The notes under the pieces: generated by a model
What the model was told of the DNA's origin: nothing
Seen by the model: only the letters and a program-made list of their open reading frames with translations
Database searches by the model: none
In this document: positions 49,811-61,404 of the stretch, one piece after another
How positions within the stretch are numbered: the stretch's first letter is position 1
Layout: every line of letters begins with the position of its first letter
Program-made: the position numbers and the translations under genes
Assembly: GCA_964036045.1 (NCBI GenBank)
Contig: OZ038379.1
Coordinates: 32,736,001-32,800,000, forward strand
Direction of reading: 5' to 3'
DNA: 64,000 nucleotides
From: Eutreptiella sp. 'Long Island Sound 2002'
Lineage: Eukaryota; Protista; Euglenida

Positions 49811-50999
49811 CGAAACCCACTACCCCCCCTCTCCACAGTTCCGGCCCAACCCGATGAACCCCCACCCACCCACCCACCCCACCAGCAAAACTGACCCGAT
49901 TAGCTCAGGTGAGGTTGCTTGGGCCAGACATCAGGATTCTGTTCCCACTTGTCTTCAGTCACATATGAGCCCCCCGATCGGTTTGAGTCAAAGAGATGGG
50001 GTGGGGTGGGGTGGGGTGGGGTTGGGGGGGGGGGGGCCACGTACCATCATTGAAGGGGTTGCAAGCATTGGTTTGGTTTCAGACGCTAGGGTCGAGACCA
50101 CAACCCACTTCTACACCTCAAGGGTGTGGTGACAATGGGACAAGTCTGATATTGGGGGGGACACGGGGGGGGGGGGGGGCGAAGTCTGACACGGGGGGGG
50201 GGGGGGTAGAAAGGGTGTTGGGGTGGGGGGGGGGGGCATGAGGCAACGGAAACTGGGTTCGCATACGCCCCCGTGTCACAGGCGCATGGTCATAACCACA
50301 TTGGGGTGGGGGGGGGGGGGGTTGGGGGTGATGGTCCATAAAAGTCTGATGTCTGATGTCTGATAGCCGACTAGGTCGCTATACACAATCCTGGCGCCTG
50401 CTGGGAGTCCGTGACCATAGGCAGGTCGTGGAGCGTCATGTGGTGTTTGGGTATGCGCCATTTTACCCCGTGGTAGGTGACGGTGGTTTGGGTGGGTTGG
50501 CCAGCGGTGGGACGGGGCCCGTCGCTGGGGAGACGGGTTCCCGTTTCGAGCCGGTGGGTGTGTAGGGCTTGTCCGCCGCGATTGGGTATGGTGTTGTTTT
50601 TGGAACTCCCGGTGTGCTGTCTTTCTTGTCCGGTAAGAGGTTCCCCGTGTCCCGTGTCGTCTGTGTGAGATACTGGTTGAAGAGCTGATACCGGGGCCAT
50701 GCGGGGAGCCGTAGGAAAGTGGTGTGATGTGCCCCACTGCGGTGGTAACTGACCATCACTAATTTGGCATACAAAGGTGTTGAGGTTGCGCCGTACCCAA
50801 CTGATTGTGTCATTCTGCAAGTGGGAGCCATGAAGGTTCCTAAGGTCGGTGCGTGCTGCTGGTGTAAGTAAAAACAGATCAAAACAATCATCCAAGGAAC
50901 TGCTGTTGGGGTTCAACCGTAGCTTCTCAACCAAACTAGCTAACAAAACCTCACCCAATGGCATTTCCTTGGTATTGTTTGTTCCCAACGACCCCAAAA

Positions 51000-53400
51000 C
51001 AAGAAAAAAACCCTCAGGGTCCGAACATACTCGGTGGTGTGCTCAGCCCCTCAACATAGGTGGACAAGAATGCGGAACGCGTAATGAGCAGCTTGCAAGG
51101 CATCATCCGAGGTCTGTTGGTTTAACCAGTTGCTGTTGCGAACCAGAAAACCACAGAGGAATAGGGCAGGGATGTACTCCAAGAGTAATATAACCATCCC
51201 CTTGACTAAGGCAATGGTGGTCCTTTGTCTTTAAGACATATCAGGACGTGCATCACCGGTGGACGCCTTAAGGCGCACCAAGGGCGGCTTACATGAACTA
51301 ACCAAAACGAAGAGAGCAGCCATAACTCGCTCCATATAAATAAGCTTGGGATATGGATACACCTCCGTCCCTGAGGGCAGTCTACCTTGCGTCAAGAATA
51401 CAAACAAAAGAAAAAAGCGCCCCTAGCACACAGTAACCGCATACTTATAAGGGTGCCACACGCTGTACAACACCGGACATCGTTGTAAAAAAAAAGAGCA
51501 AGATTGTACAGTGCATACAACTTACTGTACATTATCTTACACAGGCGACAGTGGATGTTTTTATCCACGAGGATTGGTAACACTTTGTTACTCTGCTGCT
51601 GCACCTCAACCAACAGGTGGACTAATGCTACCAAATGTGGTTGGGATCCTGTGGTGAGGTCCGTCAGGAAAAAAGGTTTCCATTGCAAACTGTGAACGCT
51701 TGTTCGTCTACATTCCAAGGGGAACGGATATCTATTGCCTCAATGGCCCCTTGAACCAAAGTCTTTGTGGCGTCACACAACCCGAGGAAAGAGTCACGTA
51801 ACCTCTGAGCAACCACAGGGAGACGTTGCTTCAACGCGTCCAACTTGGGATACCCAGGGTAGATGTCCAAGTCACTACGCAGCTGTAACAAAGCCATCGC
51901 AGTACAGTTAAGGCTCCGGTTGGGAGAATCGGGTGAAGGAGCAAAGCGGCGACGATAGCAATTGTCGAACCAGACAATGTGTTGGAATAGTTTAACCAGG
52001 TCCCAGGGATCCCGAGCCATCTGGCAAGCACGTTGATGTGTGCTGCCAACATTATACGTACAATCTCCCAAGTGGGAGAGTTTCCTCCTCACTGACCTAC
52101 ACATAGGAACATCATCTATAGGGCGGCAAGCCGTGGGCTTGTAATGTTTGTGCATCAAACGCCACAGGTTGAATGCCTCTATGAAAAGGGGGGAGTACCA
52201 GTGGGGCGGGTGATGCACCACTCTTTTTTGTCAACCATGCCTGTCGAACATCGCCAAGCGAGCGCCCAGTCCTTGCATCACCCCGAAGCCCACACACCCA
52301 CTGTATGAAAGCTCCGGGTCCCCCACTTGGTCCGTCGTCCTGAACAAAATGTCCAATGAACTCCTCCACACTAGAGTAGTCCGGCACAACTGACAATAAC
52401 TTGCGGAATGGCCCGGGATGGATTGTGCAGCTGCCAAGGGACCCATGAGGTACAGAGGTACTTGGGTAGGTGTTGCCCCACAACCCGACAGTCCATTGAC
52501 TCTGATACCAAGAAGAGTTTTGGGACAAGAACGCTCTGCAGAGCGTTGTTGATGTCTAGTGGGCCAAAAGAGGTGTAGCAAAAGAGTAAGCAAGCACGAC
52601 ACTAAAACACAACCATTATTGAGGAGCTTCCAATAAAGAACGCTCTGCAATGTTCCAGTTTTGAAGGGTATTCATAATGATATTCGGTGCAGACAAGCAC
52701 CATACCTTGTGCTAGTTGAGGTAATGCAGCCTCCAAGCAATAAATGACCAAGATGCCAAGCAGTTTGATAACCCAAAGTTGTCTTTGTCAAGTGACGTAC
52801 CCCTCAGTGGACGGCAACAACACGGCATTGGCGAAGGAGTTCACAATATTGAAGTAATGGGTGCTGCAGCTGTTAACCACACTCAACAACGAACCAAACA
52901 ATAGGGGGAAACACAACAGTGTAGCACCATTGCACCGGGGGTGTTTGAAATGGATTTTAGTTGAAAGAACGCTCTGCAGAGCGTTCTTGAACACAAACTC
53001 CATAAATCATGGTATGAACAAGCAATGTGTACACACAAATAAAACTCAAGCATCGCGAGGTGGTACAAGAGGCAAGTCAGCAAAGATGGTAAAATATGGG
53101 AGTAGTAGAGGAATTTTGGAACAAGAACGCTCTCCAGAGCGTTCTTGCTGCCAAAATCCATTACAAGCATGCTCGTATTGTGTATCCAACACGTAAATAA
53201 TAGAACAAAAAAGAGCATGTGAAAGAAATAGGTTGTACCGACCCTCTGTAGGTGCAAAGGTGAATACATGTCCCGTACATTGTGTGTGATGTTTACAACT
53301 TTGCAGCAACGTGGTACTATGCGGTGGCACAACTGATTCCACATGGCACCCAAACAGTGTGAAAAACAGGGGGTGTATAGTTAGTTTTGAAAATGGACCC
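51000..53400 (-). pseudogene. Decayed coding region, probably transposon-derived, with the same palindromes as 40.7-43.8 kb
   Basis: ORFs 51664-52221 and 52112-52528. Downstream fragments YSVWHPYKYAVTVC and VYPYPKLIYMERVMAAL. Four palindrome copies at 52530-53147. Confidence 0.35.
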
Positions 53401-53999
53401 TCCGGCTCATTTCCGGCACCCATTCGTGACTCGCTTAGAGCCGCCTAAGAACCCCCCCCCCCCATGTGCCTCGTTAGCGCCAAACCCCACCCCACCACGT
53501 GCGCATCGTTGGCGCCAAACCCCACCCCCCGCCACCCGGTCTCGGTCAAACTATGCTTCTTGCGGGCATTCTTTGAGTAAAACTGTTTTGGTGGTTCCGC
53601 CCGTGCAGTGACCAAGCATTCCACACATGCCAACTTGAACACACCATGGCACACTTTATAAGTGCGCATGAGCAAAGACAACTACTCGCGGCAGTGCCTG
53701 TATATGTTACTTGCCATTTGTGGGCACCAACAAGTGTGTTGCCTGTGGTCATAGCAACTCAGGGTGGTGGTCGCAGACCACTGCGCGCAAGGGTACATCA
53801 CCTATCCCCGCTTACACCAACTTTGCAAGAGAACTAGAAGAAATGCCAATATCGAATGGGCATGTTTGGCACGGCCCCCTTTGCAAAGCAAAGGAGGGCA
53901 CAACACCCCAAACCTAATGGTGCAATGAGCCATTGCTCACCAGGCAGCACGCTCAGGGCACCGTAGGGACCCAATGCAAGGGACAAAAAGCAGACTTGG

Positions 54000-54490
54000 G
54001 ATTACGTAGCACTTCCGCCCACAAGGTAGGGGTGAGGCAGCCAGACCTACACGTTTTATGAAAAGAAAAAGTATTTTATGCTTTTTTCGTTGCGCAAGGT
54101 ACGCTTTTTCTGTCCCTGGCTTCGAAGTGTTAGGGACCCCCCAGACGGCAGGGGTGATGTAGCCACTAAGCCCATTTGTGGGCCACCTCTGATTTTGTGC
54201 CTCGCTGTGAGTTGGGGTCTAGGGTCCCTGCATTCTGGGGGTTCCCCAAACAACGGGACAAAATCAGAAATGGCTACCTCACCCTTGCCTTCTCGGGGGC
54301 CCAAAAGAGGCCGGAATTACAGCGTAACCACTGCATTCTCCGGGGTCCCCAACGCCAAGCGCGGGGAGAAAATCAGAAGTGGCTAAGTAGTGGGCGGAAG
54401 TGCAACGTAACCCGTGCATTCTCGGGGGTCCCCAAAAAAGGGGACAAAATCGGAAGTGGCTGCCTCACCCGTGCGTTCTCGGGGGACAAA
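54000..54490. repeat. Tandem array of the AAATCAGAAGTGGCT family, partly inverted
   Basis: Matches 5090-5560. The segment at about 54110-54250 is in the opposite orientation. Confidence 0.75.
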
Positions 54491-57007
54491 ATCAGAAGAG
54501 GCATATTAAAAAAACCATAGCTCGCTTTATTTTTTTTTGAAAAAGCGTAACTCGCTTATTTCTATTTTTTTTTGGCAGCGGGTCACGTATACAAAAAAAG
54601 TGTAGGTCCTGTAACATAAAAAGCGTACCTCGCTTTTTTTGAAAAAAAAAAAGGCGCAATTTGCTTATTTCTATTTTTTTTTTTGCTGCAGGTCGCGAAA
54701 CAAAGAAAAGCGCAGCTCGCTTATTATTATTTTTTGAAAAAAAGCTAACTCGCTTATTCATTTTTTGCCGCTGGGCCGTAAGGCCCGCCGTACGCTATCT
54801 GGCCTCGGGGGAGGGGCCACGCGGCCGCCGGCGACGTTCAACTGTAAAGCTGACCCCGGTGATTATCCCGCTAGATGAATCTTGTCATACTGTTGGCAAC
54901 GGACGAGGTTTAGGACGAACCGAATGCACATTTGTAGATGGCAGGTTGGCCCCTACGAGAATTTATAGGGGAATTTTTTTTAATTGGCTAGGATGGTGAT
55001 TTTTGATTGAAAATTTGTGCGCACGCGTGACCAGTGGCAGTCGCCGACATTGCCGATCTTTGTTTGGGCCTGTCCAACCCAGCCCCTAGCTAGAGTGGAC
55101 GAAAATTCGATTTAAGGCCATGAATGTGAAGGGTTTTGAAGCCCGAATAATGTTGTCAAATCGCTTTTTCGCAAAATTGCACGAATCACTGTTCCGGAAC
55201 ACCGATTGTCGATTTCCGCGATCAGGGTGTTAGACGCCGAGGTTTCGACTAAGTATTCATGTTCAGTGTCAAAAACTACCCAGATTTAGCTTTCGGTTTA
55301 TCAAAATGCGAGCCGGTGGGCCAAAGATATGGCTTTGTTAAGTTTTTATACAGTTGGCTCATTTTGGCCATTTTGGCCTGTTTCGTAGGCCTGTTGTAGC
55401 TAAACGAGGAGGCTCTACCAACGAACCAAGTGACAATCCAAGTTCATTTGCACCCAAATGATGTGAAAATCCCCAGGGTTGACCCCTCTAGCCTCCTCTT
55501 GATGGTTAGAAGGAGGGTACAAAAGGTAGAAAAAGCAGTACTTGGTTGAGGTTGCCTATCTCCATTGTACAGCCTTGTCAAAGCGCTATATCCTAGCCTA
55601 GAGATTGAACCTTTGTGTACACTAGTCCCGTATGGGTCCAATGGAACGGGGAGAAGCAATGTCACGTCCCTATGGCCTCTACAGAGAGCACATCGGGGCG
55701 AAAACTCAAAAATACACACTTTTTCAGCCGTGTTTTTTGGTGCGGTCACAACACCAGCCTACTAGAATCATGGGTCTCCCCCCCAGTGTTCCGGTTGCAT
55801 CCCTATGCTTGTGTGGGACTTCAAGCAAGTATATTTGAGTAGTTTGGACCTAGAGGGAGGGGAATGGCCACTACTTTGCCTAGTGTACCCCCAACGGCCG
55901 CTAGATATATCCGCCGGGGGTTTGGCATGTTGGTCAAAAATGGACATTTTGGGTTTGTGGGTCCATTCGTCGGAGCTCGTTCTCCGACATACCGTGGAGT
56001 TAGAACAAAGTGTTGGGCTCGTTTGAAGGCTGAGAACAAGTCCTAAAAGGATAATAGGACCCGTCACAAGCCGTCTCACACTCATTTCTCGCAAAAATGG
56101 CGTTTTTAGTGGTCATTTTTACGTAACATTAGATGTATGTTTTGTAGACCCTTCCGTATCAGAACTATCGGCACGCAGTCGGGTAGGAAGCACATAGGTT
56201 ACGGAGCCCTCAACGAAGCATATTGGAGTTGTTCGGACCTAGAAGGATGCAAAGGGACAGTTGTTTGCCCGTTGAAACCACGTTGGCCCTAAGTTGTAAG
56301 CGTTGGGGGTTCTGCAGTTCAGTCAAAAATAGCCGTTCTTCAGTTCATGCTTCCGTTTGTCGGAGGTCGTTCTCCATCATACTGTTGCGTTAGAACAAAC
56401 CGTTTAGCTTGTTTGAAAGGGGAAAGCATATCCTAAAAGGATATGAGGATCCGTCATAGCTCATGTCACTGTCAGTTTCGGCAAAAATCAGGTTTTTGGT
56501 CATCATTTTGGGCTAAAATGAGACATGCTAAAATCAGAACATGGCATATGCAAACATGTTCCTGTTGGCACGCAGCGAAACTTCTGACACCTTTGGCGTT
56601 CCTAGGCTTGGGGAGGAGGAGCGTAGCGAGTCCTTCCAAAGCCGCGACAAGACCCGGCGGGAGAGGGGTGACCACGGGGGCTGGCGCCAGCCAATGTGTG
56701 ACCCCGAGGGGTGTTCGACAGTTTGGGGGGCTGTAGAGGGGGGGGGGGGACCCCACCCCCCTCCGAAGGGGGGGGGGACCCCACCCCCCCCCCCTTCGTT
56801 GACCCAAACCCAGCACCTTTTCCGGCAGGCCCCGTCCAAGCGCGCAAACACACAAAGCTAACAAGATGCACTGTGAATGGTGATTGTTTTGCTGCACTGC
56901 AGCACTTTCATAGCAGTACTGAATGTTGCCTTGAGTTCGCCCAAAGGCCTTTCCTTCCCCTTGTCACAAACCACAGACATATATGTAGAGAAGCGAAGGG
57001 AGTCTCA

Positions 57008-57010
<3 letters not shown>

Positions 57011-57040
<30 letters not shown>
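57011..57040. repeat. (AT)n microsatellite
   Basis: Direct reading. Confidence 0.95.
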
Positions 57041-57044
<4 letters not shown>

Positions 57045-57064
57045 GTGAAGGGAGGAGAGGGGCC

Positions 57065-57900
57065 TCAAGCATCGGAATCATCCTCCCACTCGTCGCGTGC
57101 CCTCTTGCCGGTACTCTTGGGGCGAGCACGCTTCTTTGGCCGGGCTGCTTGTGCTCTTGTGACCCGGCAGGCTGCCGGCCCATCAGACATGTATTCCGAT
57201 GGCACATAGTCACTAGTGCCTGACGGGGCACTACTGCTGGAGGCTGCACTCGTACTGGAGGAGGCATTGGTGGACGAGCTGCTGCTACTACTACTGCCAC
57301 TGCTACTACTACCTTGGTTTGGCCCAGAGAGAAGAGCAGGGAGAACAATGGGCAGAGCCGGCGGCGCAGCAGGCTTCGCCTTCGGTGGCAATGGGGCCCG
57401 GAAATTGTCAAAGGCTTGCAACACCTTTGTTTTCTCTTCTTCGCTGCACCCGGCATAGTCATGGGACACACCAGGGTGCGCTTGTGCCATGTGGTGTGGC
57501 ATGGCGTAGGTGCAATGCCATTTTCGGCAATCAAGCACCTTGCAACGAACTGGCAAGTTGGTGCTAGGGTTCATCGCTGTTGGGGTTGCCGCGCTGTTGA
57601 GCCGTAGCCGATGGTACGCGAGACTGCAATTGCTGTCAATTTTCTTGCCGTGCATAGTTGTGCTGCACTTGCCATCTGTGTTGCCACACCACAAGCAAAA
57701 CGCGCCTTTATCCGCACCCTCTTGGCCGGCCCAACTATGGCCTCGCAAAAAATGCCCAGCAATATGCGACCGCATTGAAGCGTGCATGAAAAATCGGTCG
57801 CAATTCGAAAAAAGGCAGGGCATACGTTTTGCTCCTGGAGCATTCCTCAGTTGCTCACGGTATTGAGCACAACCCAACGCCGCAAGGTGGCTACATAACC
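57065..57900 (-). pseudogene. Cys/His-rich zinc-binding-like domain with Ser-rich and basic tail; 5' end replaced by repeats
   Basis: MRSHIAGHFL, FCLWCGNTDGKC, SNCSLAY, NPSTNLPVRCKVLDC, HHMAQAH, tail KKRARPK. The upstream part of the 434-aa ORF is repeat-derived. Confidence 0.55.
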
Positions 57901-59322
57901 TTTTTGTGCTTTTCAGCCATTTTTGAATTCTCCACAAAATTCTGAGTATTTTGAGTACAAACACATGGGGTGGAACAAAAAAATTCCCCCCCGCCGTATG
58001 CCTAAAACAAAATCTGCGGTGCCTCCGGCGCCGACAAAGCACACTGTTCCGTGCGACAATTTTGGGGTCCGTAGAGCGGGGGGGGGGCACCCCCCCCCCC
58101 CCCCTTTGGGGTCGGGTCCCGGCCAGGGCCAGCCCCCGTGGGGGTGACTGTGGTAGCAGGCAGTAAGTAGTAGCAGTGGTGATGGTGGTAAGTGCTTGTA
58201 GTGGCAGCGGTAGCAACAAGCGCAGTAGGAAGCCCGGCCCGCCCACCCGCGACAATACCCGGCGGGAGAGTGGTAACTGTGGTAGCAGGTAGTAAGTAGT
58301 AGCAGTGGTGATGGTGGTAAGTGCTAGTAGTGGCAGCGGTAGCAATAACATATATACAAATTGTACCATCCACGTTGTTCCATTCTCTCAACGGTTGTCA
58401 CACTTTATCCTTGGACCCTACCTAATCACCACAAGTGAAGGAAAAAGGTACGCAATTCATGAATGTCGTTCATGACGCAAAAAAAAAAAAGCTATCATAT
58501 GACACTTTCCTGCATGAACGAATTTCAGCGCACAGTACATTCTATTATCATAATAACAATATTGTGCGGTACAAAGAAAATCACCACATGCTACCATACC
58601 TACCCACAACGTCTCCTTTTACCTCTTTGCGATTCATGATTAAAAAAAATATAAAAAAGACAACAGAACAACATATGTACAGCAACAATCATTCACCCAT
58701 CTCACACACACAAACCAATAGCAAAAATACAAGAAAATAAAGCAAAACCTAAGCGATGCCATTGGCTTCGTGACTAGGGTGGGCGGGCCGGGCTTCCTAC
58801 ATTGCTTGTTTTGGGAGTAGGTCGCGTATCAATAAAAGCTTAGGTCATGTAGCAAAAAAGCGTAACTCAATTTTTTTTTTAGAAAAGGCGTAACTCGCAT
58901 AACTTTTCTTTAACTTTTTTTAGGTGTAGGTCACGTCACAAAAAAAAAGCGCAAGTTGCGTACCATACATTTTCAAGTTTTTCTTTTTCCACACTTGACT
59001 TACGCCCCCCCCCCCAAAAAAGGCACAACTTACGCCAAATAAAAAAAAATAAGCAACTTACGCTTGACACCAGTGTTTGGTACTTCCTGAGGCACGCGGG
59101 AGGCGTGTTTCCATTGGTTGGCCCACAGCTGGTGAGAAAATGGCCGTTTGGTTCGTTACAGTGGAACAGTGGTCCCTCTGCTCACAGGTGCTGCTTCTGC
59201 CCCTTGGGACAGTGGTGGTCGGGAGGGCTACAGCTGTGCAGGTGAGAGTGGGATGTGCGTCGAAGTGGTTGCAGTGTTCTGCCCCCGTGGCGCCCCTTCC
59301 CCTGACGGCAGCAGGACAAGGG

Positions 59323-61404
59323 TCACTTGTAGTCCTGCCCCATGTAAAACAGATCGCGGTCAATCCCCGCCGCATCCAACGCGAGCTCAATTTCCCGCTC
59401 CGAGGGCGCTTGGCTGCGGTCTGTGCGCACGCTGTCCGGGAAGGCCACTGGGCGGCCGTCGGGGAGGTAGTAGAGGCCCCAGGGCTGGTCTGGGCCGGCC
59501 CGTTCGAGAAGGACCGGGCGGCCACGGGACGTCCGCACGCGCAACGCATAGACTGTAACCCACTGCGTGTCATCCAGCATCTCCCGCGCATCGGCCTTGA
59601 GGCCCTGCTGCCATGGCTGTCCGATGGCCACCTCCCCCTTCCCAAAAGAGAGCCACGGGTTAACCACCAGAACCGCGTGCTCCGGGTCAAGGGGCCGTTT
59701 GCCGTAACGCCCCCGGAGGACATCGCGGAGGGTGACGAACGTCAGGTCCCCAACGAGCGTGAGTAGTGTGGCCCCGCGCTTGCCCAGCTCCAGAGACCAC
59801 ACGCCCACTCCGTCTGCATCGCCAGACGTGGTTTGTTTGACATCGTCGCGGCGGTTGCCAGGGATCAAATTGAGCAGGGGTTGAATGGGGTCTGTGTCGT
59901 CTTGGATCTGCAAACCACAGAATTCAGAAATGATTGCGGTGCTATAGGGCATCAACACAGCTGCAGATTTCCGAGGCGGGGTATGCAAGCACACGCCAGA
60001 CGGCGGGAAAGGCAGGAGGAACACTTGTTGGAACTCGGCACAGCGAGTCACAGACGGCGTGCCCCTTGGGCGTGGGCTGCCTTTGGCAGTTCATGCCACA
60101 CATCTTGTCAAAAGCCCCACACCCCCTCCAAAAACAACAACATGGTACTGAAACAACGGATCCCCGGTGGGTGCCGTGTAATGCAGCCCAAACCACATGG
60201 CAGTGGCACTTGTATCAGCAGAAACGGCAAAGAGACTCAGAGTGAGGCATTGACAAAGAAATGGCCACAATCTCCCAAATGCCACGAAGAAACTCTCCCA
60301 CACGATGCACTGGTTCCCGCAAACTATATCCTCCTTTGCACTCAGGAAACCACCGCGAGGCACTCCCCAAGTGACCCCTGATTGGCAGAGCAGAGCACAA
60401 ACAGTGTTCGCTTCCTTCTTCACCGACGGGGCTGTGATGCCACCAAAAGCACAGGAACAGTCAGTAGGGGGTACATGGGAACTCTTTTGGATGGCCCACA
60501 GGGACCCATTGTACAACGGATGAGGGATCCGTGATCTGTGGGGGGGCTTGACCCCGAGTCATTGTCATGTGAGGGGGCGTACCTGCCCATAATACTCCGC
60601 CCGATAGCCCTCGATCAGGTCCTCGACGAGTGGCCGCAGCGCGCGAAACCGCTGACGGATGCCGCCCGGGAACCCCCCCTCCTCTGGGACAATAGGATCG
60701 TTCACGCTGTTCACAGGGACTGGCAGCTCAACAACGAGGCGCACTGGCTTGGGGGTCTGGGCGGCCGTGTCAGCGAGGCGCTCGGACAAGGCACGCAGCG
60801 CACGTCGCGCCGCCAGCACACCGTCCCGATACGTCCGAGGGGCGGGGGTAGTCGGGGCGCTGTGGGTAGGGTCGGGGGCGGCGGAGAGCTGGCTGATGGT
60901 CCGCCCAAGGGCCCTCACTGCAACCCCGGGAGGGGTCACCATGTAGAGTGCACCGCATGTGCCCCCGCCCAGTGGCCCGGGGCCGAAGCTGCATGACATC
61001 AGGGCCAGGGTCCGGGTTCGCCTCCTTCGTACTTGGCAGAGCAGCAGACCAAGAACCGTGACAAGGCACCCGAACAGGGGGTAGGCGGCGCGGACAAGAG
61101 GGGGCCAACGGATGCCAATGCTTGCAGATCTCAGGATCCGGGTGTTTGTGTCAGTGGGCGGCAGGGACGAAGGAAGCCAAGGTAAAGGGTCCAGCATCGT
61201 CTGCACCGCGGGCCTCACATACGTCTGAGGCTGAGGATGCCTTTCCAGTTTGACTGTGGACAGGGCCCCGGAAGCAGTGTGACTAGGGATAACAAAGAGA
61301 GTGACAAATTGAGGTGCCAGGGACCCACAGAAAAGGGCCATGGCACCGAGCGCCATAACCCGACTGCTGGAGAGGACGAGCCTGAAAGGAGATGCTGTGG
61401 CCAT
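59323..61404 (-). CDS. Plastid-targeted DUF1995-like protein; exons 61404-60583 and 59907-59323
   Basis: Hydrophobic signal, Ser/Thr/Pro transit region, second TM (LFGCLVTVLGLLLC) and RRRRTR form a Euglena class I presequence. RLVVELPVP, FPGGIRQRFRALRPLVEDL, DADGVGVW, LVVNPW, IGQPWQ. Phase-0 GT-AG intron 60582-59908 (CAG|gtacgc..ttgcag|ATC). Confidence 0.8.

Larger units (their letters stand above)
40096..53450. mobile_element. Candidate 13.35 kb TIR DNA transposon with 22-bp TIRs and AC flanks
   Basis: tcttaggcggctctaagtgagt (40096-40117) and actcgcttagagccgcctaaga (53429-53450) are inverted, 21/22. Removing the interval and one AC restores a host unit, gcgccaaaccccc..catgtgcctcgttagcgcc. 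Confidence 0.55.

Noticed and set aside
50371-50997. Ulp1-like protease (DLRNLHGSHLQNDTISW)
   Set aside because: Only a vague N-terminal resemblance; no catalytic His/Asp/Cys pattern was identified.
59058-59766. Alternative ORFs 59058-59723 and 59077-59766
   Set aside because: Off-frame or antisense to DUF1995 exon 2, which has the recognisable motifs and splice phase.
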